Of a DNA stretch of 64,000 nucleotides, positions 34,470 to 44,951 are shown piece by piece. Positions within the stretch are counted from its first letter, which is position 1. Every line of letters begins with the position of its first letter. Made by a program: the position numbers and the translations under genes. Location: the NCBI GenBank assembly GCA_963727445.1, contig CAVSGI010000005.1, positions 32,001-96,000 of the forward strand. The letters run 5' to 3'. The notes under the pieces were generated by a model. It saw only the letters and a list, made by a program, of their open reading frames with translations, made no database searches and was not told where the DNA came from. This DNA comes from an uncultured delta proteobacterium. GTDB taxonomy: Bacteria; Myxococcota_A; Polyangia; Polyangiales; B10-G4.

Positions 34470-35873
34470 TCACACCCCGACCAACCCCAAACGCCGCTTC
34501 GGCCGTCCCGACTCGTCGAAGGGCACCGGGTAGTCGCCGCTGAAGCAGGCGTCGCAGTAGCCTTTGCCGCCGACGGCGGCGTGGAGGCCTTCCTGGGTGA
34601 GGTAGCCGAGGGAGTCGGCGTGGAGGTAGCGGCCGATCTCTTCTTCGGTGTGGCTGGCGGCGATGAGCTCGCTGCGGCTCGGGGTGTCGATGCCGTAGAA
34701 GCACGGCCAGCGCGTGGGCGGCGAGCTGATGCGCAGATGCACCTCGGCGGCACCCGCGTCCTTCAGCATGCGCACGATCTTTCGGCTCGTCGTGCCGCGC
34801 ACGATCGAGTCGTCGATCACGGCGACGCGCTTTCCGTCGAGGACGTGGCGCTGCGGGTGCAGCTTGAGGCGAACGCCGAAATGCCGGATGGACTGCTGCG
34901 GCTCGATGAAGGTGCGGCCGACGTAGTGGCTGCGTATCAGGCCCAGCTCGAAGGGGGCGTCGAGCTTCTCTGCGTAGCCGAGGGCAGCGGCCATGCCGCT
35001 GTCGGGCACCGGGATCACCAGGTCGACGTCCGCGGGCGCCTCCTCGGCGAGCTTGCGGCCGAGGTTCTTGCGCGCCTCGTAGACGCTGATCCCGCCGAGC
35101 ACGCTGTCCGGCCGCGCGAAGTAGACGTACTCGAAGATGCACATGCGCGGCTCGGCCTTCTGGAAGGGCTTGAGGCTCCGCAGGCCGAACTGGTTGAGCA
35201 CGACCATCTCCCCCGGCTCGACGTCGCGGGTGAAGGTGCCGCCCATGAGCTCGAAGGCCGGTGGCTCCGACGCCACCATGTACGTGTCCTTGAGCTGGCC
35301 GAGGCAGAGCGGGCGGATCCCGTGGGGGTCGCGCACGGCGACGAGCTCTTGGTCGGTGAGGAACACCATCGAGTAAGCGCCGGTCACCTGGCTGAGCGCG
35401 TCCGCGATCCGGTCCACGGTCGTCGGCGCCTTGCTCCGGGCGATCAGGTGCACGAGCACCTCGGTGTCGCTGGTGGTGGCAAAGATGCTGCCGTTCGACT
35501 CGAGCTGGGTGCGAATCTCGTCGGCGTTGGTGAGGTTGCCGTTGTGCCCGAGGGCGATGCTGCCATGGGCGTAGTCCACCGCGATGGGCTGCGCGTTCTT
35601 CAGGTTGGTCTCACCGGTGGTCGAGTAGCGCACGTGGCCGATGGCGCGGTCGCCCACGAGGCGTGCGAGGGTCTCGGCGGGGAAGACGTCCTGCACCAGG
35701 CCGAGGTCGCGGTGGGCGAAGAGGGTGGTGCCGTCGGTGGAGACGATCCCCGCCGACTCCTGTCCGCGATGCTGCAGGGCGTGCAGGCCGAGGTAGGTGA
35801 AGTTGCTCGCCTCCTCGTGGCCCCAGACGCCGAATACGCCGCATTCGTCGCGAAAGCTGTCGCCGTCTCGCAT
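34470..35873 (-). CDS. purF: Amidophosphoribosyltransferase
   Basis: Propeptide then [48 protein letters not shown]. Confidence 0.97.
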   Translation of the reverse strand: MRDGDSFRDECGVFGVWGHEEASNFTYLGLHALQHRGQESAGIVSTDGTTLFAHRDLGLVQDVFPAETLARLVGDRAIGHVRYSTTGETNLKNAQPIAVDYAHGSIALGHNGNLTNADEIRTQLESNGSIFATTSDTEVLVHLIARSKAPTTVDRIADALSQVTGAYSMVFLTDQELVAVRDPHGIRPLCLGQLKDTYMVASEPPAFELMGGTFTRDVEPGEMVVLNQFGLRSLKPFQKAEPRMCIFEYVYFARPDSVLGGISVYEARKNLGRKLAEEAPADVDLVIPVPDSGMAAALGYAEKLDAPFELGLIRSHYVGRTFIEPQQSIRHFGVRLKLHPQRHVLDGKRVAVIDDSIVRGTTSRKIVRMLKDAGAAEVHLRISSPPTRWPCFYGIDTPSRSELIAASHTEEEIGRYLHADSLGYLTQEGLHAAVGGKGYCDACFSGDYPVPFDESGRPKRRLGLVGV

Positions 35874-35948
35874 TGCGCGCGGATCCTGCGGCCGGCCGCG
35901 GCCCATGTAAATGGTGACAACGCACGGTCCGGGGATTAGAGCGTTTTC

Positions 35949-37037
35949 GTGCCCTACGGCCCTCGCTGCCTGGTCCTCGCCGTCCTGGCCTGGTGGCCGG
36001 CGACGATCGCCTCCGCCCACCTGGGTAGCGCCAAGTACCTGGACGTGGCGCTCGGGGAGGAGGAAGTGGTGGTGGACGTGGCCGTGGAGGCAGTGGACGC
36101 CTCCATGGAGCTGGGGCTCGGCGAGACGGTGGACGAGGACGCGCTGGCACACGACAGTGATCGCATCGGCGCGTGGCTCACCGAAGGCATCCACGTCGAG
36201 AGCGCCGGCGGCCCCTGCCGTGCGACCCCTTCTCCGATCCTCTTCACCACCCGCGACGAGCGGCGCTTCATCGAGCTCACCCTGCGCTACGAGTGCCAGG
36301 GCACCGGCCCCTACGTCCTCGAGGACACGACAATCTTCGAAGACGACCCCCAGCACGAGGCCTTCGTGCGCGTGGCCCTGAGCGGCGACACCGATGCGCG
36401 CATCCTCCGGCGTGGCCGGCAGCGCACCGAGCTCGGCACGCCCCCCACCTGGCAATCCCTCGTCACCCTCTACCTCATGGAGGGCGCGATTCACCTGGCC
36501 ACGGGCTACGACCACATCCTCTTCCTGCTCTCCCTGGTCCTCGCCGCGGGCCTGGTCGCCGTGCGGCGCAGCCAGAAGGACGCGCTGCGGGACGTGGCGA
36601 TCATCGTCACCTCCTTCACCGTCGGTCACAGCGTCACGCTGGTCGCCGCCGCCCTCGAGTGGGTCGTCCTTCCGACGCGCCCCGTCGAGGCGCTCATCGC
36701 CCTGTCGATCGTCGTCGTCGCGCTCATGAACGTCATCAAGCCCGGCGACCGGCGTCCCATGCCGTACCTGGCCGTCGGCTTCGGACTGATCCACGGCTTC
36801 GGCTTCTCGTCGGTGCTCGCCGAGCAGGGGCTCCCCGCGCAAAAACGAGTGCTCGCCCTGGTCTCCTTCAACATCGGCATCGAGGTCGCGCAGCTCCTCT
36901 TCGTCGCCCTTCTGCTCTGGCCACTGGCCCGCCTCGCGCGGAACGAGGTGGCCTACCAGCGCTGGCTGGTGCGCGGCGGCTCCTTCGCCATCGCTGCCCT
37001 CGCCGGTGTCTGGTTCGTCGAGCGGGCGTTCCTCTGA
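35949..37037 (+). CDS. HupE/UreJ-family membrane protein with periplasmic N-terminal domain
   Basis: Signal peptide ending [42 protein letters not shown]. Confidence 0.88.
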   Translation: MPYGPRCLVLAVLAWWPATIASAHLGSAKYLDVALGEEEVVVDVAVEAVDASMELGLGETVDEDALAHDSDRIGAWLTEGIHVESAGGPCRATPSPILFTTRDERRFIELTLRYECQGTGPYVLEDTTIFEDDPQHEAFVRVALSGDTDARILRRGRQRTELGTPPTWQSLVTLYLMEGAIHLATGYDHILFLLSLVLAAGLVAVRRSQKDALRDVAIIVTSFTVGHSVTLVAAALEWVVLPTRPVEALIALSIVVVALMNVIKPGDRRPMPYLAVGFGLIHGFGFSSVLAEQGLPAQKRVLALVSFNIGIEVAQLLFVALLLWPLARLARNEVAYQRWLVRGGSFAIAALAGVWFVERAFL

Positions 37038-37169
37038 CGGTGCAGCGCCGGGTCGAATGACGCGAAAGGGGTCTCGCGCGCTCGTCGTCCTTGCGACGCG
37101 ACCGACGCCCGTCGCGATCTCCCCTTTCACGTCATTGGACCAGGCACTAAACTCGCCCGCCCACGCCTC

Positions 37170-39870
37170 ATGGCCAAGAAACGTCAGCTCAGGCGCATCG
37201 AGTCGATCATCCCCCGTCGCGCCCATCACTTCGGGGGCAAGGCGCGGAACCTCGCGGCGCTCGCGCGGGCGGGCTTCCCGGTCCCGGCCGCCTACGCGCT
37301 CAGCGGCGAGGTCTGTCGCGAGTTTCTGCAGGAGGTGCTGCCCGCGGCAGACCGCCTCGACGCTCTCCTCGAGCGCGGCAGCCGGGCCACGCCCAAGCGC
37401 CTGTCGGAGATCGGTGAGCGCGTTCGCAGCGCGCCGCTCCCCGAACCCCTGGCCCAGGAGCTGACCCGATCCCTCGAAGCGCTGCAGCGCGCCGGCGCGC
37501 GCGCCGTGGCCGTGCGCTCCTCTTCGAATCGCGAGGACGAGGACGCGGCCTCCGCGGCGGGTCTTCACGACACCTTCCTCGACGTGCGCACGCCCGAGGA
37601 GCTGCACGACGCGGTGCGCGCCGTGTGGGCGAGCCTCTTTCAGGCGCGTGTGCTCGGCTATCTGCGCACCGTCATCCACACCGAGGACGCCTCGATGGGG
37701 GTGGTGATCCAGGCGATGGTGCCGGCCGACGTGAGCGGCGTGATCTTCACCGTCAACCCGCTCACGGGTGACCCGGGCGAGATGGTGCTGAACGCCGCCT
37801 GGGGGCTCGGCAGCTCGGTGGTGGATGGGCGCGTCTCCCCCGACACCTACCGCGTGGATCGGGCGACCGGGGGCCTTCGGGATCGCGTGCTCGGTACGAA
37901 GCGTCACCGCGACGTGGTGGCAGCGGAGGGGGGCATCCGCGAGGAGCAGGTTCCGGACTCGCTCTCGGGTGCCCCGGCGCTCACCGACGCCATGCTCTCC
38001 GAGCTCGTCGATCTCGCCTCGCGCATCGAGGAGCATTTCGGCACCGCGCAGGACGTCGAGTTCGCCATCGCCCGCGGCACCATCTACGTGCTCCAGAGTC
38101 GGCCGGTGAGCACCATCTCGCCCGGCTTCTCCGCGCGCAGGCCGCACAAGAAGGGCGTCGACCGCGGACGCATCGTCTGGTCCAACGCCAACGTCGGGGA
38201 GGCGCTTCCCGGTGTGGCGACGCCGCTCACCTGGTCGGTGCTCTCCAACTTCAGCGAGCTCGGTTTCCGGCGCGCCTTCGGTTCCCTCGGCTGCCGCGTC
38301 CCCAGAGACGCCGAGCTCTTCGGCAATTTCCGCGGGCGCATCTATCTCAACCTCACGGAGCTCACCTCCATCGCGAGCCAGGTGCCCGGCCTCAAGCCCC
38401 GAACGCTGCTGAGCCTCGGCGGCGGTGGGGAGCTCGAGCGCCTCGAGGCTGACCTCGAGGAGCGTAGCTCTCTCGGCTTCTTCCTCCGCCTGCCGATGAC
38501 GGCCAGCCGCTTCGCGCAGGAGAACTATCGCCTGTCAGCACGCGTCGCGGAATTCGAGGAGGCCTTCGATCTCGAGCGCGCGAACTACGGCGCGATGGAC
38601 CTTCGCGTGCTCTCGCCGTCGGCGCTGGGCAAGACGCTCAAGGACATCGAGCAGCTTCTCGACGACGCGGGCGCGGTGATGCTCAACTGCTACGGCAACC
38701 TGCTCCTGTCGGTGGTCACCCTCCGCGCCGTCCTGCGCGTGGTCAGCGCGCGCCACGCCGAGCGCATCGAGCGCTCGCTCCTGACGGGCCTCGCCGATGT
38801 GGAGAGCGCCGCACCCGGGCTCGCGCTGTGGCACATCGCGGAGATGGCGCGGGTGGAACCCGAGGTGCGCGCGCTGATCATGGAGCGGCCGGCGTCGGAG
38901 CTCGCGGTTCAGGACCTGCCCGACGGACCGACACGCCGCGCCCTCGAGAAGTTCATCGCTGCTTATGGCTTTCGGAGTGCACGGGAGGCGGAGATTGCCA
39001 CGCCGCGCTGGCGCGAGGACCCCTCGCTGCTCTTCGCCACGCTGCGCGCGCACCTCGCTGGCGAGGGCAGGGAGCAGCCGGTCGAGGTGGAGCGGCGCCA
39101 GCGGAACGTGCGGGACTCGGCGGCGCGGGAGCTCGACCGCCTCCTGCCGGGGCCCGCGGCGATGGCGGTGCGGCACCTGCTCTCGCTGGTGCAGCGCTTC
39201 ATGCGCCTCAGGGAGCGTCTGCGTTCCCACGTCACGCTGATCCTCGGGATGTTCCGCGAGGTTGCCCTCGACGCTTCGCGCCGGCTCCTCGCGCGCGAGC
39301 CTTCGAATCGGGCCGGACTCGGCCTTCTTCCTGACGCTCGAGGAGCTTCACGCGGTGCTCCAGGGCGACCAGCGCTCGCTCTCGGCGCTCGTCAAACAGA
39401 GGCGGCGGCAGTACGAGCGCGACAGCGCCCTCGCCGATCCGCCCGGCACCTTCGTCGGCTATCCCCCGGAGGTGCCCGGTCCCATCCCGGACACCGACGC
39501 GCTGACCGGCCTCGCGGCGAGCTCGGGGAGGGTTCAGGGAAGGGCGCGCGTGCTCGCTTCACCCGCCGACGCGCGCGAGCTCGCCTTCGGAGAGGTGCTG
39601 GTGGCGCCCTACGCCGACGTCGGCTGGTCGCCGCTCTTCACCGTGGTGGCCGCGGTGGTCACCGACCTGGGCGGGCCCTTGAGCCACGCGTCCATCGTCG
39701 CCCGCGAGTACGGCGTGCCTTCGGTGGTCAACGTCAAGCACGGCACGCGCGTCATCCAGACGGGTGATCTGGTCGAGGTCGACGGCGACGCGGGCACGGT
39801 GCGGATCCTGGAGACGCGCGCCTCTGCTGCGGATCAGGAGGCGGTCGACCAGAGCGCGGCGGCGACGTGA
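37170..39870 (+). CDS. PEP-synthase-related phosphotransferase with rifampin-phosphotransferase architecture (+1 frameshift at ~39306)
   Basis: [42 protein letters not shown]; central helical domain; C-terminal His swivel [15 protein letters not shown]. Confidence 0.85.
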
Positions 39871-40571
39871 GCGAAGCGCGAGTCCGCGTCGTGCACCGAG
39901 ACGCGGCGCTTCTGGTGTTGGAGAAGCCGAGCGGTCTGCCCACCACCTCGCCGCCCGGCGGCGCCGAAGCGCTCACCGACATCGCGGCGCGTCTCGACCC
40001 GGACGCCCCGCACCTGCACGCGAGCTCGCGTCTGGACGCCGAGGTCACGGGGCTCGTGACGTTCGCCCGCACCCGCGCCGCGAACGTCGCGCTTCTCGCC
40101 GCCCGCAAGGCCGGGGCTTACCGGCGTCTCTATCTCGCTCTCGCCGCAGCGGCGCCGTCGCCCGATTCTGGAACGCTCGAGGGTGCGATCGGCCTCGACC
40201 TCGGCGATCCGCGCAAGCGTCGCATCGACCCGCGGGGCAAGCCCGCCGAGACCGCCTACGAGACTCGCTTCTCGAACGAGCACGTCGCGCTCGTCGCGCT
40301 CCGGCCCGCGACCGGGCGCACGCATCAGCTGCGCGTTCACGCCGCCGACGCCGGCTTCCCCTTTCTCGGCGACGTACACTATGGCGGCGAAAAGCGCGTC
40401 ACCCTCGCCAACGGTCGCGTGGTGACTGCGCGCCGCGTGATGCTGCACTGCGCCGAGCTGGTGCTCCCGGACGTCGTGGCGGGGAAGGGGACGCTGACGA
40501 TGAGATCGCCACCCCCCGCGGACTTCTGCCGCGTGTTCGAAGGGCTCGGCGGTGACGCGTCGGCGCTCTGA
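39867..40571 (+). CDS. RluA-family pseudouridine synthase without S4 domain
   Basis: EKPSGL, SRLDAEVTG, TGRTHQLRVH, GDVHYG, MLHC. Confidence 0.88.
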   Translation: MSEARVRVVHRDAALLVLEKPSGLPTTSPPGGAEALTDIAARLDPDAPHLHASSRLDAEVTGLVTFARTRAANVALLAARKAGAYRRLYLALAAAAPSPDSGTLEGAIGLDLGDPRKRRIDPRGKPAETAYETRFSNEHVALVALRPATGRTHQLRVHAADAGFPFLGDVHYGGEKRVTLANGRVVTARRVMLHCAELVLPDVVAGKGTLTMRSPPPADFCRVFEGLGGDASAL

Positions 40572-41549
40572 TCAGGCGTCTGGCTCGCCGGAGAGCGTGA
40601 AAGCTTCGATCTCGCGGGTCAGCGACCGAAAGATCGCCTCTTCTATCTCGTAGACGCCGCCCGCGCTTCGCTCGACGTTGCGCTGGTAGACGAAGACGCG
40701 GGTGACCTTGGCCTGATGATCGGCATCGGCGGTCAGATCGAGGAGCGCCTCGGTGCGGGGGTCGACGCCGTCGGCGACGACCTCGGCGCCCGGCGAATCG
40801 ACGACCACCACCAACGCTCCGTCGAGGAGGGCATGGGCCGTCTCGTCGAGCCGACCGAGGGCGCGCTGCACTTCGCGCTCGAACTGCTCCGGCGCGAGGG
40901 TCCAGGGCGGCCTCGGCCCCATCGCGTCGAGCTCGCGGCAGCGCAAAAATGCCACGGTGGCGCCGCGGGTGTCGCCGCGCGCCTCGAGCACCATGCCCAG
41001 GTAGTACTGGATCTCCGCGCTCTCGGGCTCGCCCTGGGCGGCCGCGATCACGTGCTCGGCGCCGCCGTCGACGTCCCCCACTTCGATCTTCGCGCGGCCC
41101 ACCAAGAAGGCGAGGCCGGGCTGCTCGAAGGGCCCGTTCGGGAGCCGGCGCGCCACCCGACTCGCCTCCTCGACGTCGCCGGTCGCGAGGAGCGCGTCGA
41201 CCTTGAGGAGCAACGCGTCGGTGAGCTCGTCGTCGCTCTCCATCAGCTCGAGGGCGTCGTCGATGAGGCTCAGCGCGCCGGGATAGTCGGCGAGGGGATC
41301 GATCAGCACCTCGGCCGCGTTGAGCATCGCCTCGACGAAGGTGTCGTCGAGCTCTACCGCCTGCTTGTAGTGCTCGAGGGCATCCTCCGCGTTGCCTTCT
41401 GCGGCGTGGATGTAGCCCATGAGGTTGTGGACCTCCGGGGACTCCCCGTCGAGCTCCAGCCCCTTCTGGGCAGAGATGAGCGCACCCGCGAAGTCGCCGC
41501 GCGACACGAGGTCCCATCCCCAATCGAGATGAGCGGTGAACTGATCCAT
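40572..41549 (-). CDS. TPR protein with degenerate zincin-like C-terminal domain
   Basis: Several TPRs, then FEREVQRALGRL...VVVDSP...DPR...VFVYQRNVER, with no HExxH. Confidence 0.7.
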   Translation of the reverse strand: MDQFTAHLDWGWDLVSRGDFAGALISAQKGLELDGESPEVHNLMGYIHAAEGNAEDALEHYKQAVELDDTFVEAMLNAAEVLIDPLADYPGALSLIDDALELMESDDELTDALLLKVDALLATGDVEEASRVARRLPNGPFEQPGLAFLVGRAKIEVGDVDGGAEHVIAAAQGEPESAEIQYYLGMVLEARGDTRGATVAFLRCRELDAMGPRPPWTLAPEQFEREVQRALGRLDETAHALLDGALVVVVDSPGAEVVADGVDPRTEALLDLTADADHQAKVTRVFVYQRNVERSAGGVYEIEEAIFRSLTREIEAFTLSGEPDA

Positions 41550-41584
41550 GGGGCGCCGAGGGGGTCCAACCATTGCGACGCGGG

Positions 41585-41647
41585 AAGGTACGGGGAAAGG
41601 CTAGGGAGTCAAGCTGGCCGGAAGTCTCGCCGGGTGCCTGCTAGACT
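41585..41647. promoter_or_regulatory. Divergent sigma70-type promoters
   Basis: Minus: TTGACT-16nt-TACCTT (41612-41585). Plus: TGCTAGACT (41639-41647). Confidence 0.5.
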
Positions 41648-41665
41648 TCGCCCATCCGGCCCCCC

Positions 41666-42544
41666 GTGACCACGCTCCTCCGCGCTCTCGTCCCCCTCGT
41701 GGTGCTCCTCTCGAGCGGGTGTCTGGCTTTCGTCCCCGAGCCCGAGGGGCATTGGAGCTGGGGGCAGACGGCGGACGGCGTGCTGGTGAGAGGCGTTCCG
41801 CTCGAGGATCGCGGCGAGGGCTTCGTCCGTGCGCGGCCGGGCGAATCCACGCGCTTCGGCACGCCGACGATGCACGACTCACTGACCCACGCCGCGGCGT
41901 CGGTGGCCCGCGCGTTTCCGGGAAGCGCGCCGCTGCGCATCGGCGACATCAGCTATCCCGGCGGCGGTCGCCACCCACGCCACGGGAGCCATCGCACCGG
42001 GCGCGACGTCGACGTCATCTTCTACGTCACCGACGCGAGCGGCCATTCGGTGCGGGGGCGCGGTTGGATCGCCTTCGACCGCTTCGGCGTCGCGCGCGAG
42101 ACGGACGCGCCCGACGGCGTCATACCTTCGAACGAGCTCTTCTTCTTCGACGACGCACGGAACTGGCACTTCGTCCGGACGCTGCTGTTGGACGAGTCGG
42201 CGCGCGTGCAGTGGATCTTCTGCTCGCGCGGGATCAAGGCGCGGCTCCTCGAGTACGCGATGGCCTACGAGACGGATCCGCGCGCCATCCACCGCGCGGC
42301 GTGGGTGCTCCATCAGCCCTCGCGCGGCAACCCCCACCAGGACCACTTCCACGTCCGCATGGGATGCACGCCACAGGAGCGCGCGGCGGGGTGTTGGCAG
42401 CGCGAGCCGCTCTGGCCCTGGCTTCGGGACGAGACCGGGCAGAAGCCGGCGTTCGGCGAGCAGCCGAGCCGGGACGACGATGCGGCGCTGTACGATGCGC
42501 TCATGAGGGAGCTGCCGGAGGAGGGAGGGGTCGGTGACTCCTGA
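41666..42544 (+). CDS. Penicillin-insensitive murein endopeptidase (MepA family) lipoprotein
   Basis: Lipobox LSSGC; IGDIS..GG, HGSHRTGRDVD, HQDHFHVR. Confidence 0.88.
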   Translation: MTTLLRALVPLVVLLSSGCLAFVPEPEGHWSWGQTADGVLVRGVPLEDRGEGFVRARPGESTRFGTPTMHDSLTHAAASVARAFPGSAPLRIGDISYPGGGRHPRHGSHRTGRDVDVIFYVTDASGHSVRGRGWIAFDRFGVARETDAPDGVIPSNELFFFDDARNWHFVRTLLLDESARVQWIFCSRGIKARLLEYAMAYETDPRAIHRAAWVLHQPSRGNPHQDHFHVRMGCTPQERAAGCWQREPLWPWLRDETGQKPAFGEQPSRDDDAALYDALMRELPEEGGVGDS

Positions 42545-43199
42545 GGTTCCGTCGCCGCGACCGGTCAAGGCGCCGCTGCGCGCCGCGGTGTGGCTCATGC
42601 TCGTCGTCGGCGCGGCGGTGATCAGCGCGGCGGGCGCCACCTGCGTCGCGCGCATGAGCGACGAGGAGCCCGAGGAGCCGGAGGTGGTGACCATCGTTCA
42701 GCCCACGGCGGACGTGGTCGTGGCGATGCGCGACCTCGCCCGCCTCGAGAGCGCCGAGTACCACATGGAGCGGATCATCAATCTGCGCGACCGCCAGTCG
42801 CGGCTCTTCGGCCTGGTCGAAGCGGAGGACGCGATCCTCCTGGTGGCCGCGGGCGACGTGACCGCCGGCGTCGATCTGACCCAGATGAGCGACGGCGATG
42901 TCGTCGTGAATCCCGAGCTCGGCCGCGCGACCCTGACGCTGCCGCCCCCAGAGGTCCTCTCGACGGCCCTCGACAACGACCGCACCTACGTTCACAGCCG
43001 CGAGACCAGCACCCTCGCCGAGCCGAGCCACACCCTCGAGACCCGGGCCCGGCAGGAGGCGGAGCGCACGCTCACCGAATCCGCGATCGAGGCAGGCGTC
43101 CTCGATCGCGCCCGCGACAACGCCGCGTCCGCCATCACCACGCTGGTGCGCGCCCTGGGCTATCGCGACGTCGAGATCCGCTGGTCCGATCAGGAGTGA
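42534..43199 (+). CDS. DUF4230-like membrane-anchored protein
   Basis: N-terminal TM, LLVAAGDVTAGVDL, TLPPPEVL, ARDNA. Confidence 0.75.
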   Translation: MTPEVPSPRPVKAPLRAAVWLMLVVGAAVISAAGATCVARMSDEEPEEPEVVTIVQPTADVVVAMRDLARLESAEYHMERIINLRDRQSRLFGLVEAEDAILLVAAGDVTAGVDLTQMSDGDVVVNPELGRATLTLPPPEVLSTALDNDRTYVHSRETSTLAEPSHTLETRARQEAERTLTESAIEAGVLDRARDNAASAITTLVRALGYRDVEIRWSDQE

Positions 43200-43237
43200 C
43201 GGGGGCGTGTGGAGGGGCGAAGCCGGCGAAGCCCCTC
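43200..43237. repeat. REP-like palindrome between convergent genes
   Basis: gaggggcgaagccggcgaagcccctc, a GGGGCGAAGCCCC-type element. Confidence 0.45.
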
Positions 43238-44162
43238 ACCGAAGCTCACTGGCTGCTTCGAGGATCGCCTGGTGGTCGTCTTTGTGCTTCGACAGCACGG
43301 AGAGGGTCTGGCGGATCAGCGTCTCGTCGAGGTGCTCGGCGTTCAATAGGAGCAGCGCCCGCACCCAGTCGACGGTCTCGGCGACGCTCGGGACCTTGCG
43401 CAGGTCGAGCTCGCGCGTCCGCTGCGCCACGGCCACCACCTCCGAGAGCAGCGCATCGCTCGCTTCGGGGACGTGCTCTTTGACGATGGCCATCTCGCGT
43501 TCGGCGTCGGGGTAGTCGAGGAAGAGATGGAGACAGCGGCGGCGCAGCGCCTCGGTCATCTCGCGGGTGGCGTTGCTGGTGAGCACCACGTAGGGCCGAG
43601 ACCTGGCGCGCAGGGTACCCAGCTCGGGCACCGTCACCTGGAAGTCGCTGAGCACCTCGAGCAGAAGCGCTTCGAACTCGGGATCGCTGCGATCGACCTC
43701 GTCGACCAGAAGGACGATGGGCTCTTCGGACATCATCGCCGCCAGAAGTGGGCGCGCGATCAAGAAGCGCTCGTGAAAGAAGGCGCTCTCTTCGGCGGCG
43801 ACCCGATCGACCGCTTCGCGCACGCTCGCCGCCCCCGCGACCAGGCTGTCGAGGGCGCCCTGGACGAGCTGGGTGTAGAGCATCTGCTTGCCGTACTCCC
43901 ACTCGTACAGAGCGCGCGATTCGTCGAGGCCCTCGTAGCATTGGAGCCGGATGAGCGGGCGTCCGCTCGCGCGAGCGACGGCCTTGGCGAGCTCGGTCTT
44001 GCCGACGCCGGCTGGACCTTCGAGGAGCAGGGGCTTGTCGAGGGCGCCGGCGAGGTAGGCGACCACCGCCGTGTCCCGATCGGCGATGTAGCCGGCCTTC
44101 TTCAGTCCGGCCTCCGCTTCGTCGGGGCTGGCGAAGGGGGGATCGTGGCCCTCGGCCGTCAC
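43236..44162 (-). CDS. MoxR-family AAA+ ATPase, CoxD-like
   Basis: LLEGPAGVGKTELAK, RLQCYEGLDE, YEWEY.KQ, DEVDRSD.EFEA, ALRRRC. Confidence 0.9.
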   Translation of the reverse strand: MTAEGHDPPFASPDEAEAGLKKAGYIADRDTAVVAYLAGALDKPLLLEGPAGVGKTELAKAVARASGRPLIRLQCYEGLDESRALYEWEYGKQMLYTQLVQGALDSLVAGAASVREAVDRVAAEESAFFHERFLIARPLLAAMMSEEPIVLLVDEVDRSDPEFEALLLEVLSDFQVTVPELGTLRARSRPYVVLTSNATREMTEALRRRCLHLFLDYPDAEREMAIVKEHVPEASDALLSEVVAVAQRTRELDLRKVPSVAETVDWVRALLLLNAEHLDETLIRQTLSVLSKHKDDHQAILEAASELR

Positions 44163-44163
44163 G

Positions 44164-44871
44164 TCAGTCGCTCGCCACCGCCATCGCATCCTTGACGATG
44201 CGGAGCGCCAACTGGCCCATGTTGTGCGCGCCGGTCTTCTGCAGGATCGAGCCGACGCGCGCATCCCAATCCTTCGGATCGATGCCGAGCTCTTCGATGG
44301 TCTCGTCGGGAGAGCGACCTTCGACAATCATGCCGACGATGAGCGTCTCCTCGTCGGTGAGCCCGCCCTTCTTCGCTTCGGCGCGCACCGCGTCGACGCG
44401 GGCTTCGTAGAAGTCGCGGTTCTGCTGTTTGGGAGGGACCGAGGGTGGCGTCTTCTCCCGATCGGCGACCGGCGGCAGGCTGCTCACGGGGCGCTGGATA
44501 CCGAGGCTCTCGACCAGGAACGCCGAGAGCGCCCGGCCCGGGACCGGCTTGGCCGCGAGGATGGTCTTCGAGGCCCCGGCGCTGTCGTCGCCGAGGAGCG
44601 CGGGGTCGTGAAGCCGGCTCAGCACCAGGGCACAGAGGTCAGGCTGGCTCTTCCGCATGCGCTTCACGAGGTCGAGCCCCAATCCATCGGGGAGGCGAAG
44701 CTCGGTGCACACGCCCGACCAGCTGTCGCGCTCGTTCACCAGGATGCGCGCCTCCGCCAGGCTCCCCGCGACCACCGTCGGCGCATGACGTCCGAGCTTC
44801 ACCGTGAGCTGCTTCGCGAGCTCCGGGTCCGGCTCGATGATCAGATACGGCGGTCTCTTGCCACGGTCCAA
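44164..44871 (-). CDS. Atypical response regulator: degenerate receiver + LuxR-like HTH (start uncertain)
   Basis: LIIEPD, CTELRLPDGLG, AKP; C-terminal GLTDEE...EGRS..IEELGI...SILQKTG. Confidence 0.7.
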   Translation of the reverse strand: MDRGKRPPYLIIEPDPELAKQLTVKLGRHAPTVVAGSLAEARILVNERDSWSGVCTELRLPDGLGLDLVKRMRKSQPDLCALVLSRLHDPALLGDDSAGASKTILAAKPVPGRALSAFLVESLGIQRPVSSLPPVADREKTPPSVPPKQQNRDFYEARVDAVRAEAKKGGLTDEETLIVGMIVEGRSPDETIEELGIDPKDWDARVGSILQKTGAHNMGQLALRIVKDAMAVASD

Positions 44872-44951
44872 GACGGGTCCCCTCGGCGCAATATAGCCCC
44901 CCGCCACCCACCATGCCCCAAAAGGATGGATCGGGGGGAAAGCGCGTCGAT

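Noticed and set aside
34470..38147. 1225-aa ORF with PurF at its C-terminus
   Set aside because: The N-terminal part is the antisense shadow of the HupE and phosphotransferase genes; PurF needs its Cys near the N-terminus (start 35873).
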